DNA from: an uncultured virus (IMG/VR IMGVR_UViG_3300005747_000147) | Lineage: Duplodnaviria > Heunggongvirae > Uroviricota > Caudoviricetes | Reading direction: 5' to 3' (one strand) | DNA length: 26,552 nt | IMG/VR virus record: IMGVR_UViG_3300005747_000147 | In this document: one piece after another, positions 26,027 through 26,552 of the stretch | Numbering within the stretch: position 1 is the stretch's first letter | Layout of the letters: each line of letters begins with the position of its first letter | The notes under the pieces: generated by a model | The model's input: only the letters and a program-made list of their open reading frames with translations | The model's database searches: none | Told to the model about the DNA's origin: nothing | Translations under genes and position numbers: made by a program

Positions 26027-26238
26027 AATGTAAAAAACCAATGAAACACCGCCCTGCTATGGAGGGCGTGAATAACTGCAAGGAATGTGAACGGGAAAAA
26101 TCGGAAGAACACATGCAATTATTGACTGCTTTTGGTTGGAGTCGAGAGAAATTAGAAAACTTGGCCGATACAGAAAAGAAAGAGAGAGATAGATGCGGAT
26201 ATTTGTATTTTCCTTGGTTGTATCAATGGAGTGAATGA
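26023..26238 (+). CDS. Small Cys-containing hypothetical protein
   Basis: GAGGTGA RBS; CKEC. Confidence 0.7.
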   Translation: MKCKKPMKHRPAMEGVNNCKECEREKSEEHMQLLTAFGWSREKLENLADTEKKERDRCGYLYFPWLYQWSE

Positions 26239-26479
26239 TATGGATGATATGAAAACAGTAATTGAGCATTTAGATGAAAGGTATTCAAATTGGGAGGTGG
26301 TGATTATGGCACTTGTCGAGGATATACTACCGGATGAGGTTTATGAGCAAATCACTGAGATGTTGGCCCAAATGGTATGTGATGAAGAACACCCGCTTCA
26401 ATTAACTCATTTGAGGGAATTGTGCGATTCAAAGAACATGAACGATGTTATCATGTGCATGATTCAAGGATTCAGTTAA
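26231..26479 (+). CDS. Small acidic hypothetical protein
   Basis: Last gene before the terminator; start uncertain (GTG 26231 or ATG 26240/26249). Confidence 0.75.
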   Translation: MNDMDDMKTVIEHLDERYSNWEVVIMALVEDILPDEVYEQITEMLAQMVCDEEHPLQLTHLRELCDSKNMNDVIMCMIQGFS

Positions 26480-26506
26480 TCTGCAATTGTTCAAAGTGGT
26501 GGATTT

Positions 26507-26548
26507 GAGGGGAATGGGGCGAAATGCCCCGTTCCTCTCTTTTTTTTT
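26507..26548 (+). terminator. Hairpin + poly-T terminator
   Basis: GAGGGGAATGGGGC / GCCCCGTTCCTCTC 14-bp stem, then T9. Confidence 0.85.
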
Positions 26549-26552
26549 GATT

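Noticed and set aside
24009..26269. Minus-strand ORFs in the early region, and plus ORF 24683..24913
   Set aside because: They overlap better-supported plus-strand genes, promoters or terminators.

Overview
An AT-rich fragment of a head-tail (Caudoviricetes) virus genome, probably infecting an archaeon. GGTGA/GGAGG/GGGGA ribosome-binding sites and TATA-type promoters point that way; a marine Poseidoniales virus (magrovirus) is my best guess, not proven. Bases 1-23516 form a tightly coupled minus-strand packaging/head region: portal (two Zn-ribbon inserts), a LAGLIDADG-domain protein, terminase large subunit, a probable small subunit and several large K/E-rich proteins. Sixteen mostly unrelated genes in this region start with the same peptide, M-x(0-3)-W-x-x-[IV]-[ILV]-K (15 exact, 1 variant). 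I interpret it as a capsid-targeting tag, analogous to the T4 CTS, on a variable set of injected cargo proteins (GNAT, pentapeptide repeat, HiPIP-like, winged helix). A SAM-lyase-like/GNAT fusion carries the motif internally. After an AT-rich divergence region, 23914-26548 holds three plus-strand cassettes, each built as palindrome ACCATATGGT, TATAC at a fixed 25 bp, small genes, then a hairpin+polyT terminator. In the middle cassette the 5' and 3' UTRs can pair into a 33-bp G-U-rich duplex enclosing the whole gene. No major capsid, tail, tRNA, CRISPR or integrase gene was recognised. All family calls are by eye and need HMM or structure confirmation.
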